A DNA stretch of 64,000 nucleotides from an uncultured Porphyromonadaceae bacterium (GCA_948467675.1 CAOKFI010000001.1:25159-89158); one strand, 5' to 3'. Positions 1 to 10,285 are shown, counted from the stretch's first letter. The notes: generated from the sequence alone by a model not told the origin. Numbers and translations: made by a program.

Positions 1-24
1 ACTAAACCTCAAAATATAACAGAC

Positions 25-558
25 ATGGATAACCTGCATCAACTGATCGTGGACCGACGCAGCATACGTAGATATATCGACAAACCTATTGACGGAGACT
101 GTGTAAAGACTATACTTGAAGCGGGTCTGATGGCTCCTACTTCCAAAAACTCGCGGGCATGGGAGTTTGTAGTGGTCGAGGACAAGGAGACGCTTGCGCG
201 TCTGGCGCACTGCAAGGAGATGGGGGCTGGGCCTATCGCCAACGCTCCCATTGCCGTGGTTGTATCTGTCGACATGACTGTCACGGATCCATGGATCGAG
301 GATGCCTCGATAGCATCTGCCTTCATGCAGTTGCAGGCCGCAGAGCTCGGCATCGGATCATGCTGGATTCAGGTGAGAGGCAGGTTTACTGCTGACGGAA
401 CCCCATCGGAAGATTATGTACGGGAATTGCTTGGAATGCCTGAGGCTCTTGGAGTTGTATGTGTGCTGACTTTCGGTTATCCTGACGAGCAGCGCAAACC
501 GCATGATCCGGAGAAAACGCTTTGGGAGAGAGTCCATCTGGGACAATGGAGCGAGTAA
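25..558 (+). CDS. nitroreductase family protein
   Basis: 177-aa ORF with an N-terminal RRSIRRY motif and the APTSKNSRAWEFVVV pattern typical of NfsB/NfnB-like FMN nitroreductases. Confidence 0.85.
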   Translation: MDNLHQLIVDRRSIRRYIDKPIDGDCVKTILEAGLMAPTSKNSRAWEFVVVEDKETLARLAHCKEMGAGPIANAPIAVVVSVDMTVTDPWIEDASIASAFMQLQAAELGIGSCWIQVRGRFTADGTPSEDYVRELLGMPEALGVVCVLTFGYPDEQRKPHDPEKTLWERVHLGQWSE

Positions 559-1337
559 GTCTGATAGGAGCCGGCAATGTGGCCACCCATCTGGCCAGGG
601 CTTTTGCATCCGCCGGATACAGGATAGGACAGGTATATGCTCCGCATATTGAGAGTGCGGCGCTGCTTGCAGGAGAGGTAGGAGCAGCATCGGTCGATTC
701 ATTGTCCGGGATTGACGGTGAGTCTGATCTTTATATTGTCAGCGTCAAGGACACGGCAGTAGCTGAAACTCTTGAAAAAGTCGTATCGTCCGGTAGTGGT
801 GCTGTATCTAAACTATGGGTTCATACTGCCGGCTCGATACCAGTCGATGTGTTTCCGCAAGAGTTTGCGCATTGCGGTGTGTTATACCCTCTTCAGACAT
901 TTTCCAAAAACGTGCTGGTCGATATGTCGCAGGTTCCGTTTTTTACTGAAGGACGCGATGAGGATTCGGAAGCAGCGATAAGGCGTGCGGCATACGTTAT
1001 CTCCGATCATGTATATCATGCGGATAGCGCCGGACGTCGGCAGTTGCATATAGCCGGAGTGCTCGGTTGCAATATGGCTATGTATATGTGGGCGTTGGCG
1101 GCCGATGTGCTTGATCGGGCTGGATATGGTTTCGAGGTGTTGCGCCCGTTGCTCCAGGCCACTCTTGACAAAGCCTGTACCTCGTCGCCTATGGCCGGTA
1201 TGACCGGCCCCGCACGGCGTGGCGATCTGGCTGTGCTTGAAGCCCATATCGCTGATTTGCCCGACAATATAGCTCCGGTCTATCGATTTGTCAACAATGA
1301 GATTTTGCGGCATTTTGGTTATGATGAACTTAAATAA
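546..1337 (+). CDS. Rossmann-fold NAD(P)-binding protein (ProC-like / DUF2520-type)
   Basis: The track ORF begins at TTG 522, but ATG 546 gives MERVSLIGAGNVATHLA, a GxGxxA dinucleotide-binding loop. It overlaps the upstream stop by 13 nt. Confidence 0.7.
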   Translation: MERVSLIGAGNVATHLARAFASAGYRIGQVYAPHIESAALLAGEVGAASVDSLSGIDGESDLYIVSVKDTAVAETLEKVVSSGSGAVSKLWVHTAGSIPVDVFPQEFAHCGVLYPLQTFSKNVLVDMSQVPFFTEGRDEDSEAAIRRAAYVISDHVYHADSAGRRQLHIAGVLGCNMAMYMWALAADVLDRAGYGFEVLRPLLQATLDKACTSSPMAGMTGPARRGDLAVLEAHIADLPDNIAPVYRFVNNEILRHFGYDELK

Positions 1338-1343
1338 CGGATT

Positions 1344-1868
1344 ATGAGCCGTATCAACTACGATCTTAAAAAAATAAAAGGTATCGCATTCGATGTAGAT
1401 GGAGTGTTGTCGCCCTCGACAATACCGCTCGGTTGTGATGGCGTACCGTCGCGTATGGTCAATATCAAGGATGGTTATGCGCTTCAGCTTGCCGTCAAAC
1501 ATGGATACCGTATAGCGATTATAACCGGAGCCGACTCCGAGGCTGTGCGCACAAGGTTTGCCGCACTCGGTATTGCTGATATATACATGCGGGCTTCGGT
1601 AAAACTTCCGATATTGCAGGAGTGGATGGAAAAGTACGGATTTCATCCGGAAGAAGTCGCGTTTGCCGGCGATGACATCCCTGATTATGAAGCTATGCGT
1701 TACGTCGGGCTTTCGGTAGCTCCATCAGATGCCGCGGTCGATATCAAGGCTATAGCCGGTTATATATCGCCTGTGGCCGGAGGTTGCGGAGTGGGGCGTG
1801 ACTTGCTGGAACAGATTATGAAAGCTAATGGCGAGTGGCTGTCATCGGCCAAGGCGTTCGGATGGTGA
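1344..1868 (+). CDS. kdsC: 3-deoxy-D-manno-octulosonate 8-phosphate phosphatase (HAD superfamily)
   Basis: 174 aa with HAD motif I FDVDGVLS, a C-terminal GDDIPD motif, and size and pattern typical of KdsC. Confidence 0.85.
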   Translation: MSRINYDLKKIKGIAFDVDGVLSPSTIPLGCDGVPSRMVNIKDGYALQLAVKHGYRIAIITGADSEAVRTRFAALGIADIYMRASVKLPILQEWMEKYGFHPEEVAFAGDDIPDYEAMRYVGLSVAPSDAAVDIKAIAGYISPVAGGCGVGRDLLEQIMKANGEWLSSAKAFGW

Positions 1869-1886
1869 TATAGATGAGCTGTTGTT

Positions 1887-2468
1887 ATGGATATGCTGAA
1901 CCGTAAATTCATTCTGGCGAGTGGATCGCCACGGCGCCGTGAACTTCTTGGCATGCTTGGCGTTGACTTTACTGTAGATACCTCGCGTCAGGTAGACGAA
2001 AGAATTCCGGATGGAGTGTATATAGAAGCCGAAAAGATTCCTGAGTATCTGTCGCAGGTCAAGGCCGAGGCGTATCTGTCGGATTTGACTGACGATAATG
2101 TGCTTGTCACAGCCGACACGGTCGTAATTCTCGATGGCGATGTGATAGGTAAACCGGTCGATGAAGGCGATGCCAGACGTATGCTACGCCGGCTGTCCGG
2201 CCGTGTCCATAAAGTGGTTACCGGAGTGACTGTGGTTTCGTCCGGGAAGCGGAAGACTTTTTCGGAGACGACGGAGGTAGAGTTCGCTCCCATTTCCGAT
2301 GGCGAGATCGATTATTATGTCGATACGTTCCATCCGGTCGATAAGGCCGGGGCATACGGTATACAGGAATGGATCGGGGCTGTCGCCGTAAAAGGGCTGA
2401 GAGGCAGTTATTACAATGTTATGGGACTTCCTGTCAACAGGCTTTACCGCGAGCTTAAAGACTGGTAG
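1887..2468 (+). CDS. maf: Maf family nucleoside triphosphate pyrophosphatase
   Basis: 193 aa with the ILASGSPRRRELL N-terminal signature and KAGAYGIQE motif. Confidence 0.9.
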   Translation: MDMLNRKFILASGSPRRRELLGMLGVDFTVDTSRQVDERIPDGVYIEAEKIPEYLSQVKAEAYLSDLTDDNVLVTADTVVILDGDVIGKPVDEGDARRMLRRLSGRVHKVVTGVTVVSSGKRKTFSETTEVEFAPISDGEIDYYVDTFHPVDKAGAYGIQEWIGAVAVKGLRGSYYNVMGLPVNRLYRELKDW

Positions 2469-3609
2469 GCTGTTGCTCTACGGCCAATGTCATTCTGAAT
2501 CCCGGATGTGGCGGAATGAGGTTGAGTGTGCCTGCGCACAGCCGGAATCCATCAGCGATGAAATTGTCGGCATAAACCTCATTCGGAGCATATCTTACGG
2601 ATAGGATTCCGTGTCTTCCTTCGCTCATAATCCGTTTGTATAATTTATGGGCAACAATACCCATGGTCATTCTTAAATTGATTTCTACAGCTGGATTTAT
2701 GAGTGGCTCTGAGCCGTCGGACGGACGATATACCATCATATCGACTCCGAAATATCCGTTGTAGTGGTGGTGTATGCCTGTTCGGGCAAGAACCGATGCG
2801 GTTTCGGCTGCCGTCGATACGACACATTGTTCATCGATATGGCGGCCTATGCATGCGAGCAATTCATCGTCGGAGGCGACATGATTGCCGGAATAAGCGG
2901 TAGTTCCGTGTGAATTGAAAAACATGGAGTAGCCGATATGTCTTATTCCATCGTAACTGGCATGGTATAACGATGCAAAATCAACGACCTTGTCAAGAGC
3001 CGGTTCGAGCATTACAGATCCCTGATGTCTTATGATTCCTTCGGCCTGGCGCAGGATCTGTTTGCGAGGTATGGCCGAGCAGTCCACAACGCCGCGTCCG
3101 CTGCTTGACCATGGCGCTTTCATGAAAAAATGCGGATGGGCTGTGGCAAATCGTTCGAGATCACTGATATTTCTGGCTTCTATCGGCGTGGATGGCAACC
3201 GGTAGGCGAGCCGGGAGCGCAGTTTCTCCATCAGTATCGCTGCCGTACGTCGATGGCTTAGATCACGCATCTTTCTGATTTTGTCATCCCATTTTGTCGG
3301 ATCTATGGCGACCCCCATCTTAATGTACTGGCGTAGTGCGTGCATTGAGAATCCCCATGGCGCAGGTCTGACATGTGGCTCGGAGTCGTACAGAGCCGCG
3401 GGCAGGCTGAATAGCTGCCGCCGGTTTTCTATCCATTCTGGACTTGCATGAGGGGCATATATCATGTCGCCGTCGGTATCGGCATACCATAGAGGTAGCG
3501 CGGCTCCGGCATCGTGGAAATCGCGCACTGCGCGTGTCGGAGTATAATTGCAGTCGGTCTGGCCGAGTGCTATATCATTTTCGGGATTGAATAGAAACAG
3601 GCGTCTCAT
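2455..3609 (-). CDS. conserved hypothetical protein, weakly ATP-grasp-like
   Basis: 384-aa ORF with clean coding potential. The KAPWSSSGRGV and FGVDMMV motifs resemble ATP-grasp nucleotide-binding elements. The function call is tentative. Confidence 0.6.
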   Translation of the reverse strand: MRRLFLFNPENDIALGQTDCNYTPTRAVRDFHDAGAALPLWYADTDGDMIYAPHASPEWIENRRQLFSLPAALYDSEPHVRPAPWGFSMHALRQYIKMGVAIDPTKWDDKIRKMRDLSHRRTAAILMEKLRSRLAYRLPSTPIEARNISDLERFATAHPHFFMKAPWSSSGRGVVDCSAIPRKQILRQAEGIIRHQGSVMLEPALDKVVDFASLYHASYDGIRHIGYSMFFNSHGTTAYSGNHVASDDELLACIGRHIDEQCVVSTAAETASVLARTGIHHHYNGYFGVDMMVYRPSDGSEPLINPAVEINLRMTMGIVAHKLYKRIMSEGRHGILSVRYAPNEVYADNFIADGFRLCAGTLNLIPPHPGFRMTLAVEQQPTSL

Positions 3610-3680
3610 TTACAGTCGTAATGGCAAGATAAAGTTACGCAATTATATCGAAGTGTGCAGTCTTATACATGAAATTTCAT

Positions 3681-3688
3681 TAACTTTG
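3681..3688 (+). promoter_or_regulatory. Bacteroidota -7 promoter box (TAnnTTTG) upstream of fabD
   Basis: TAACTTTG lies 36 nt upstream of the fabD ATG in a divergent intergenic region. Confidence 0.45.
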
Positions 3689-3723
3689 TGGCACTTTTAA
3701 TCATAAAGTAGACTATTTTTAAG

Positions 3724-4602
3724 ATGAAAGCATTTGTATTCCCGGGCCAAGGCGCCCAGTTCGTAGGCATGGGCAAGGACCTCTACGACAACAATGCCGA
3801 AGCTCGCGCTATGTTCGAGAAGGCCAACGAAATATTGGGTTTCCGCATCACAGACCTCATGTTTGAGGGAACCGACGAAGATCTTAAGCAGACCAAAGTG
3901 ACACAGCCCGCAGTATTTCTTCACTCTGTAATTCTGGCTAAATGTCTTGGCGATGAATTCGCGCCCGATATGGTGGCCGGTCATTCGCTCGGTGAGTTCT
4001 CTGCACTGGTTGCCGCCGGAGCATTGAGTTTCGAAGACGGACTGAAGCTCGTAGCCGCCCGTGCCAACGCGATGCAGAAGGCTTGTGAGCTGACTCCATC
4101 TACAATGGCGGCCGTACTTGCGCTTCCCGACGAGACCGTAGAGGAGATTTGCGCCGGAATTGAGGGCGTAGTGGTATGTGCCAACTATAACTGCCCCGGA
4201 CAGATCGTTATATCCGGCGAAGTTCCTGCTGTCGACGCTGCATGCGAAAAACTGCTTGCCGCAGGCGCGAAGCGCGCTCTCAAACTCAAGGTCGGAGGTG
4301 CGTTCCATTCTCCATGTATGGAACCCGCCCGTGCGGAACTTGCCGAAGCCATACAGGCTACAGAGTTCAAGACCCCGGTATGTCCGGTATATCAGAATGT
4401 AGATGCACTGCCTCATACCGACCCCGCAGAAATCAAGGGTAATCTCGTAGCTCAGCTTACCGCACCTGTACGTTGGACACAGACAGTGAAGAATATGGTA
4501 GCTGACGGAACTGACGAATTTGTCGAGGTTGGTCCCGGCAAGGTTCTCCAGGGACTTGTAGCCAAGATTGCCAAAGGTGTTCCGACCTCCGGCCATCAGT
4601 AA
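3724..4602 (+). CDS. fabD: malonyl CoA-ACP transacylase
   Basis: 292 aa with FPGQGAQ and the active-site GHSLGEFSA motif. Confidence 0.95.
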   Translation: MKAFVFPGQGAQFVGMGKDLYDNNAEARAMFEKANEILGFRITDLMFEGTDEDLKQTKVTQPAVFLHSVILAKCLGDEFAPDMVAGHSLGEFSALVAAGALSFEDGLKLVAARANAMQKACELTPSTMAAVLALPDETVEEICAGIEGVVVCANYNCPGQIVISGEVPAVDAACEKLLAAGAKRALKLKVGGAFHSPCMEPARAELAEAIQATEFKTPVCPVYQNVDALPHTDPAEIKGNLVAQLTAPVRWTQTVKNMVADGTDEFVEVGPGKVLQGLVAKIAKGVPTSGHQ

Positions 4603-4632
4603 AATCTACACGCAACTTTTCACTAATAGTTT

Positions 4633-5586
4633 TCAGAAAGGCTTCCGGTATTTATCGGGAGCCTTGTCTTGTAATATGCTCAGGTAAGAAGCGTAGCGTG
4701 ATTGGGCTATGCGGTTGTTGTCCAGAGCTTCGAGTACAGCGCATCCGGGCTCGTGGGTATGGGTGCAGTCGCTGTATCGGCACTCTGCTCCGGTCTCGAA
4801 TATCTCAGGAAAGAAATGCGCCACCTCGTTGGTGTCGAAGTCGATGGTGCCGAACCCTTTTACTCCGGGGGTGTCGATTATGTAGCCGCCGTCAGGCAAC
4901 GGAAACATCTGGGAAAAAGTAGTAGTGTGCATGCCGGTATCGTGCGATGCCGATACTGTGGCGGTGCGCAGGTCGAGCCCCGGCAGCAGTGCGTTGATCA
5001 GAGAGGATTTGCCTACGCCGGAATTGCCTGACATGAGGCTTACATTACCGTCAAGCATATTCCGCAATCTGTCAATCCCTTCTCCGGTTCTGGCCGATGT
5101 ATGTATCACATCATATCCAATAGAGTGGTACAGATATGTGACAGCCTCGAGCAATTCCCGGTCACAATCGTCTGTCAGCAGATCGGTTTTGTTGATGACT
5201 ATGGTCGCGGGAACCCTATAGGCCTCGGCTGTGGCGAGAAAGCGGTCTATGAATGTGGTCGATGTCGACGGATGCGCAAGTGACGCTACCAGAAAAGTTC
5301 TGTCGATATTGGCCGCGATGATATGAGCCTCTTTAGAGAGATTGCTGGCTTTACGTATTATGTAGTTGCGTCTTGGTTCGATGGCTGTAATGAATGCCGT
5401 CCCTTCGGGGGTGGGGGAGATCACGACTCGGTCTCCGACGGCTACCGGATTGGTGGTTCTTATTCCTTTAAGACGGAAATTGCCTTTTATCTTGCAGTTG
5501 TATTCCGCACCGTCATCGGTACGCACCATATACCAGCTTCCTGTGTTTTTTATTACAAGTCCATTCATCGACAACAAATTTACCAA
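4633..5586 (-). CDS. rsgA: ribosome small-subunit-dependent GTPase A
   Basis: 317 aa with an OB-fold N-terminus, circularly permuted GTPase (NKTD then [12 protein letters not shown]), and the zinc motif [16 protein letters not shown]. Confidence 0.93.
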   Translation of the reverse strand: MVNLLSMNGLVIKNTGSWYMVRTDDGAEYNCKIKGNFRLKGIRTTNPVAVGDRVVISPTPEGTAFITAIEPRRNYIIRKASNLSKEAHIIAANIDRTFLVASLAHPSTSTTFIDRFLATAEAYRVPATIVINKTDLLTDDCDRELLEAVTYLYHSIGYDVIHTSARTGEGIDRLRNMLDGNVSLMSGNSGVGKSSLINALLPGLDLRTATVSASHDTGMHTTTFSQMFPLPDGGYIIDTPGVKGFGTIDFDTNEVAHFFPEIFETGAECRYSDCTHTHEPGCAVLEALDNNRIAQSRYASYLSILQDKAPDKYRKPF

Positions 5587-5824
5587 TAAACAACTGATTA
5601 ACCAACTTTGATATGTAAATTTTGGTATGTGTGAACTAATAAGTTGTAAATTATTGTATTATGCTTGCCTGAACCAAATAGGTGGGAAACTTGTTGGGTA
5701 TATAACGTGAGAATATGCAAAATTTTTGTAAATTTGCAAAAAATTCTTACGGAATGTTATGACGCATGTATGCTGTCTATATTGGAATTTTATGCCACAT
5801 ATTATAAACCTAAAACATTAGAAA

Positions 5825-6043
5825 ATGAACACAGAAACTATTGGAAGCTGGGCAGGGCTTGTGTGGAATGCCCTCAATGAGGCTGAAGCGCTTGGAACCA
5901 AACAGATCAAAAAGATCACAAAGCTGAAAGACAAGGAGCTTTATGCCGCTTTAGGATGGTTGGCCCGTGAGGATAAGGTCAACATGATCCCTTCTGAAGA
6001 GGATCCCAAAGAGCTGATCGTATCGCTTGTACAGGATAAGTAA
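5825..6043 (+). CDS. small winged-helix DNA-binding protein (DUF2582-like)
   Basis: 72 aa. The pattern IGSWAGLVWNAL...ALGWLAREDKV is typical of small wHTH proteins. A TAAATTTG box lies at 5729-5736 upstream. Confidence 0.7.
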   Translation: MNTETIGSWAGLVWNALNEAEALGTKQIKKITKLKDKELYAALGWLAREDKVNMIPSEEDPKELIVSLVQDK

Positions 6044-6047
6044 AAAA

Positions 6048-6118
6048 ACACCTACCGATATATACAAAGAGGGCGGCAATCTGTAATTGCCGCCCTCTTT
6101 GTATATATCGGTAGGTGT
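6048..6118. terminator. 33-bp perfect inverted repeat, bidirectional terminator between convergent genes
   Basis: Left arm 6048-6080 (acacctaccgatatatacaaagagggcggcaat) is the exact reverse complement of 6086-6118, with loop ctgta. The A-tract at 6043-6048 gives a U-tract on the minus-strand transcript. Confidence 0.8.
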
Positions 6119-6753
6119 CAGAACATCCAGGCTGCTGTTACTGTCCAGTATTTGTTTTTGCCATCTATATTGGCTGCCTGCCCTCCGATGCCGACTGCCT
6201 TCATTGCCTTGGTCATACCGAGGCCGTAGCTCGCTCCTACCTGGAGTTTGCTGAACAACTGTATGCCGACGCCGAAGTTCCAGGCTGTATCGAAAGTCTT
6301 GTTCTGGAGTGCGGCGTTGATTGCTTTCTTGCTTGTGAGGAATGCGAAGCTCGGACCAGTAAATACGTAGGGAGTGAATACTTTGCCTACGATGGGCAAT
6401 CCGATTTTCCATTTGAGGTTGATGGGTACCTCGATGTAGTCACGTCCTGCCTCGGTCACGGCTATGCCTCCGTGGGGAGCGTCGCTGTTTCCTACCACAA
6501 TATCAGTAGTGCGGTGTACATACATTACCGACGCATCGAATCCGAGGTTGGCGATTGGAAGCATGACCTCGAGCATGAGACCTCCGGTGAAGCCTGCGCG
6601 GTTGTCGCTGCTGAGCAGAGCTTCTTTATTGAATGACAGACGGTCGATGGCTACACCGACTTTGGGTCCGAATGATATCTGTGCCGATGCCGGTACTACA
6701 GTTGCTGCGATTACAACTACGGCAAGCGCAATGCGTTTGATTGTTTTGATCAT
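6118..6753 (-). CDS. outer-membrane beta-barrel (porin-family/OmpW-like) protein
   Basis: 211 aa with a signal peptide ending ASAQ, alternating hydrophobic beta-strand pattern, and aromatic C-terminus WMF. Confidence 0.8.
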   Translation of the reverse strand: MIKTIKRIALAVVVIAATVVPASAQISFGPKVGVAIDRLSFNKEALLSSDNRAGFTGGLMLEVMLPIANLGFDASVMYVHRTTDIVVGNSDAPHGGIAVTEAGRDYIEVPINLKWKIGLPIVGKVFTPYVFTGPSFAFLTSKKAINAALQNKTFDTAWNFGVGIQLFSKLQVGASYGLGMTKAMKAVGIGGQAANIDGKNKYWTVTAAWMF

Positions 6754-6855
6754 AATTATGAAACGTGTTGATTAAGATTTTAATTATTTATGATTTAACA
6801 GCGAAGATAGTTAAAAAAATTGTAGCATGGGAAAATTTATGCTATAATATTCTAC

Positions 6856-8544
6856 TTATTTGCGAGGTATTTTTAGCTTTTGTCCGATTTGGATCTTGTC
6901 GCCGGCTGTCGGATTGGCTTTCCGTATATCGTCGGCGCTGACTCCGGGATATTTTTTTGCGATTTTCCAGTAGCTTTCGCCGCGTTTTACAGTATGGATT
7001 GTAGTGCCTCCGCTATTGTTGTTCGCTTTCTTGGGGGTGGTGGCGGTTTTCTTCTGTTCCTGTTTTGGCGATACTGTTTTGGGTTCTGATTTCTTTGGCT
7101 CTGATGCCTGTTTGCCGGCGGATACTGTAGAAGCCGTTTCCACTGATTGAGCTGTAGACACCGTTGTTGCAGCCGAATTATCATTAACCTGGCTGTCCGA
7201 TATGGCTGCAGTGGCTGTTGTCTTTTCTGCGACAGACAGTTCGTTGGCCGGTTCGTATGTGTGGATCTTGATGTTTTGTCCGCGTTTTAGCTTTGTACTC
7301 TTCAGTCTGTTCCACTTCTTGATATCGGCTACTGTCACTCTATATCGCGATGCGATCTTCTGCATGGTCTCACCTCTGGCAACTTTGTGTGTCTTTACCA
7401 CGAGCCTTGTTCCGGTAACCAACGCTGTATGATCGGTAGGCTCTACTACTGTCCGCCGTACATATCTGGACTGATTGTTGCTGAGGATAGAGTCTTCGCT
7501 CATGATATAGGCATAGACCAGTTTCGACGGCAGGCGTAATGCGTATGAACGTACATCGCCGGGGATTATATCTTTGCGATATTGCGGGTTCAGAGCGCGT
7601 ATCTCCTCGATAGGGATATTGAGTACATTGGCTATCTGGTTGAAATGCACACGTTTGTTGATGTGTACCGTGTCGGTCAGTATCGGACGTCGAGCCAATG
7701 CGGGACTTATGTTATGGCAATTGTAATAGTTCATTACATAGTTTGCCGCTATGAAGGCAGGCACGTATCCGCGTGTTTCGGCCGGGAGGTTGTAATATAT
7801 CGACCAGAAATCTTTCTGTATGGCGGCGGCATTGGGGTTGTCCATATCTATGCCGGCTCTGCGCAAGGCTTTGTTCACATTGCCGGGGCCGCAGTTATAT
7901 GCTGCTATAGCCAGAGACCAGTCTCCGTATATGTCATGCAGCTGGCGGAGATATTTTGCTGCGGCCTGAGTCGATGTCACGGGGTCGCGGCGTTCATCTA
8001 CGAGTGTGTTTATCTCTAACCCGAATCCCCTGGCGGTAGGGAGCATAAACTGCCATAGGCCTGCAGCGCCTGCACGCGATACGGCGTCGGGATTAAGGGC
8101 CGACTCGATAACTGGCAGATACCGCAGTTCCAGGGGGAGCCCTTCGCGTTCGAGAGCTTCTTCGAAAATAGGCATATAATAAAGACTCATTCCGAGCATG
8201 TTTTCAACCAGGCTGCGGCGCCTTTGGGTATACATGTCGATGTGAGACCGTACTATCTGGTTGAAAGGCATCTCGATGGTCGTAGGGATCTGGGCGAGAC
8301 GTTGTATCATGACCTCATCGGTGGCGTCGACGTCAGACTCACTGTCTGCTCTGGAGTCGAGCACTATGTAGTTTTGCAGATACCAGTTCTGCATCATGCG
8401 GTGTACGTCGGTTTCAAAACTTTCGGGATAAACGATCGCCGTGTCGGTGATCGTTTCGCTCAGATTTAGTATACCCTGTGATGCTTTTGCGCAGACGGGA
8501 GCTATAAGTATTGACGATAATATGAGTAGCTTGCTTAGTGTCAT
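6856..8544 (-). CDS. lytic murein transglycosylase with two LysM domains (MltD-like)
   Basis: 562 aa with the SLT motif ESALNPDAVSRAGAAGLWQFM and two LysM repeats (HKVARGETMQKIASRY..., HTVKRGESYWKIAKKY...) separated by a low-complexity linker. Confidence 0.9.
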   Translation of the reverse strand: MTLSKLLILSSILIAPVCAKASQGILNLSETITDTAIVYPESFETDVHRMMQNWYLQNYIVLDSRADSESDVDATDEVMIQRLAQIPTTIEMPFNQIVRSHIDMYTQRRRSLVENMLGMSLYYMPIFEEALEREGLPLELRYLPVIESALNPDAVSRAGAAGLWQFMLPTARGFGLEINTLVDERRDPVTSTQAAAKYLRQLHDIYGDWSLAIAAYNCGPGNVNKALRRAGIDMDNPNAAAIQKDFWSIYYNLPAETRGYVPAFIAANYVMNYYNCHNISPALARRPILTDTVHINKRVHFNQIANVLNIPIEEIRALNPQYRKDIIPGDVRSYALRLPSKLVYAYIMSEDSILSNNQSRYVRRTVVEPTDHTALVTGTRLVVKTHKVARGETMQKIASRYRVTVADIKKWNRLKSTKLKRGQNIKIHTYEPANELSVAEKTTATAAISDSQVNDNSAATTVSTAQSVETASTVSAGKQASEPKKSEPKTVSPKQEQKKTATTPKKANNNSGGTTIHTVKRGESYWKIAKKYPGVSADDIRKANPTAGDKIQIGQKLKIPRK

Positions 8545-8559
8545 AGCGTTGATTTCGGG

Positions 8560-9375
8560 TTAGAAAGTTAGAGCCCAGTTCAATCCTACAGAGGGACGGA
8601 CTCCGCGGGAGTCCTGGATCAGAGCCGGAGACCATTGCAGCGACAGATCGGGTGTGATATCGAAATGGCTCAGCGATGCGTCGACATAAGCGTCGACCAT
8701 GGCTATTAGATAGAGCCCGACCATACATATAATACATAGGTCGCGGTTGCGACGGAAGTAGTTCTTGCGTGATTTCAGGATATTTTCGAGCCATTGTCTG
8801 TCGAGATCTTCTTCCTTTGTCGTCGACGGGAAGAAGTTCATATAACTGTTGGTCGATGGGTCGTTGTCCATTATGTCCTGATATGCACGTGTATAGTCGT
8901 TCAACATGCCGTTGTTCCACGATGTGGCGTAGCCAAGCCCCATGTATCCGCCCACGACAAGTGGCAGTTTCCAGTATCGGCGGTTGTATATCTGTCCAAG
9001 TCCGGGAAACAGTGCCGACAGCCATACTGCACGGTTCGGATCGGGATTGAATGTGCGTTTGACTTCGATCCAGTCATCCCCGCTGTTGTCGGCTTTCCAT
9101 GCCGAATCGGCTTGCGCTATGCCGGCGAGGTTCAGGTCTACAGGTATTGTATCGGTATGAAGTACACGCAACGAGTCTCCGCTCAGTTCGAAATTTTCAT
9201 CTACCACTTCAGCCGGATGTGTAAGCGGTTGTCCGATCGGTATACTGTCGGGCAACTGGGTCAGAGACATAAGGTCGAACGGAAACAGAAGTACGGTTAC
9301 AAGCGCCCACGACACCACGCGGTATGCCCGCGAAGGTAGCGCATCAGGATGCCGTTCACGCCATATATGGGTCAT
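8560..9375 (-). CDS. DUF5683-like membrane protein
   Basis: 271 aa with the PGLGQIYNRRYWKLPLV motif, in the conserved Bacteroidales position downstream of parB. Confidence 0.75.
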   Translation of the reverse strand: MTHIWRERHPDALPSRAYRVVSWALVTVLLFPFDLMSLTQLPDSIPIGQPLTHPAEVVDENFELSGDSLRVLHTDTIPVDLNLAGIAQADSAWKADNSGDDWIEVKRTFNPDPNRAVWLSALFPGLGQIYNRRYWKLPLVVGGYMGLGYATSWNNGMLNDYTRAYQDIMDNDPSTNSYMNFFPSTTKEEDLDRQWLENILKSRKNYFRRNRDLCIICMVGLYLIAMVDAYVDASLSHFDITPDLSLQWSPALIQDSRGVRPSVGLNWALTF

Positions 9376-9391
9376 CTGCTAATCGGGATAG

Positions 9392-10285
9392 TCAGCTTTC
9401 TTGATTTTTTATGGTGTCAAAGATAGTGATTAATCGCTCAAGTTCGGCTTCATTTTTGAACGGAAATGTAATTTTTCCGCGTCCGGTGCGGTCGCAGCTG
9501 AAATGAACAGGGATTTTGAAAGCGGCCGTAAGATGATTTTTGAGCAGGTCGAAGTCATGGTTAGGCGCGTTTCGGGGTTTGGGCTCGTCCTGTAGTTCGC
9601 CTTTTTCGGCGGCTGCCTGATAAGCTTTGGCCAGTTCCTCGACTTTACGTACGGATAGTCCCTGGGCGATAGTCTCGTTGTATAGGCGAAGTTGCAGCGA
9701 CGGCTGGTCTATCGACAGCAATGCGCGGGCATGTCCCATGTCGACGAGTTTGTCGCGCAGTCCGAGCTGGACTTCGGCCGGCAGTTTAAGCAACCGGAGG
9801 AAATTGGCTATTGTGGCGCGTTTCTTGCCTATGCGTTCGCTCAGACGCTCCTGTGTCAGATTGTATTGTTCGATGAGTTTGCGGAATGTCAGCGCTATTT
9901 CTATGGCGTTCAGATCCTCACGCTGTATGTTTTCGATCAGGGCCATTTCGGTAAGCTCGCTGTCATTGGCCGTGCGTATATATGCCGGGACAGATGTAAG
10001 CCCTGCCGATATGGCGGCGCGGTAGCGGCGCTCACCTGCGATGATCTGGTAGGAGGATGGTCCGGTTTTGCGAAGCGATAAGGGCTGTATGATGCCAAGT
10101 TCGCGTATCGACATGGCCAGCTCGTCGAGAGCCTCCTGGTCGAAAGTGGTTCGCGGTTGTTCGGGATTAGGCGAGATCTGATCGAGAGGTATGTCGTTGA
10201 TGGCCGAGGATCCTGTTGCGGGAACATCGTCCATGGCGATTAGAGAGTCGAGACCGCGGCCTAAGGCGTTTCGTTTTTGTGCCAT
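9392..10285 (-). CDS. parB: chromosome partitioning protein ParB
   Basis: 297 aa with the GERRYRAA and ENIQREDLN motifs and a C-terminal dimerisation region. Confidence 0.93.
   Translation of the reverse strand: MAQKRNALGRGLDSLIAMDDVPATGSSAINDIPLDQISPNPEQPRTTFDQEALDELAMSIRELGIIQPLSLRKTGPSSYQIIAGERRYRAAISAGLTSVPAYIRTANDSELTEMALIENIQREDLNAIEIALTFRKLIEQYNLTQERLSERIGKKRATIANFLRLLKLPAEVQLGLRDKLVDMGHARALLSIDQPSLQLRLYNETIAQGLSVRKVEELAKAYQAAAEKGELQDEPKPRNAPNHDFDLLKNHLTAAFKIPVHFSCDRTGRGKITFPFKNEAELERLITIFDTIKNQES

Noticed and set aside
522-545. 5' extensions in the ORF track that begin at TTG or GTG codons (522, 15062, 19270, 42246, 54809, 56619, 60474), plus an ATG-start extension at 49028.
   Set aside because: In each case an in-frame start just downstream (ATG, or GTG at 42180) gives a canonical N-terminus such as a Rossmann loop, signal peptide or G1 motif. 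It also removes overlap with neighbours. The shorter models are reported instead.
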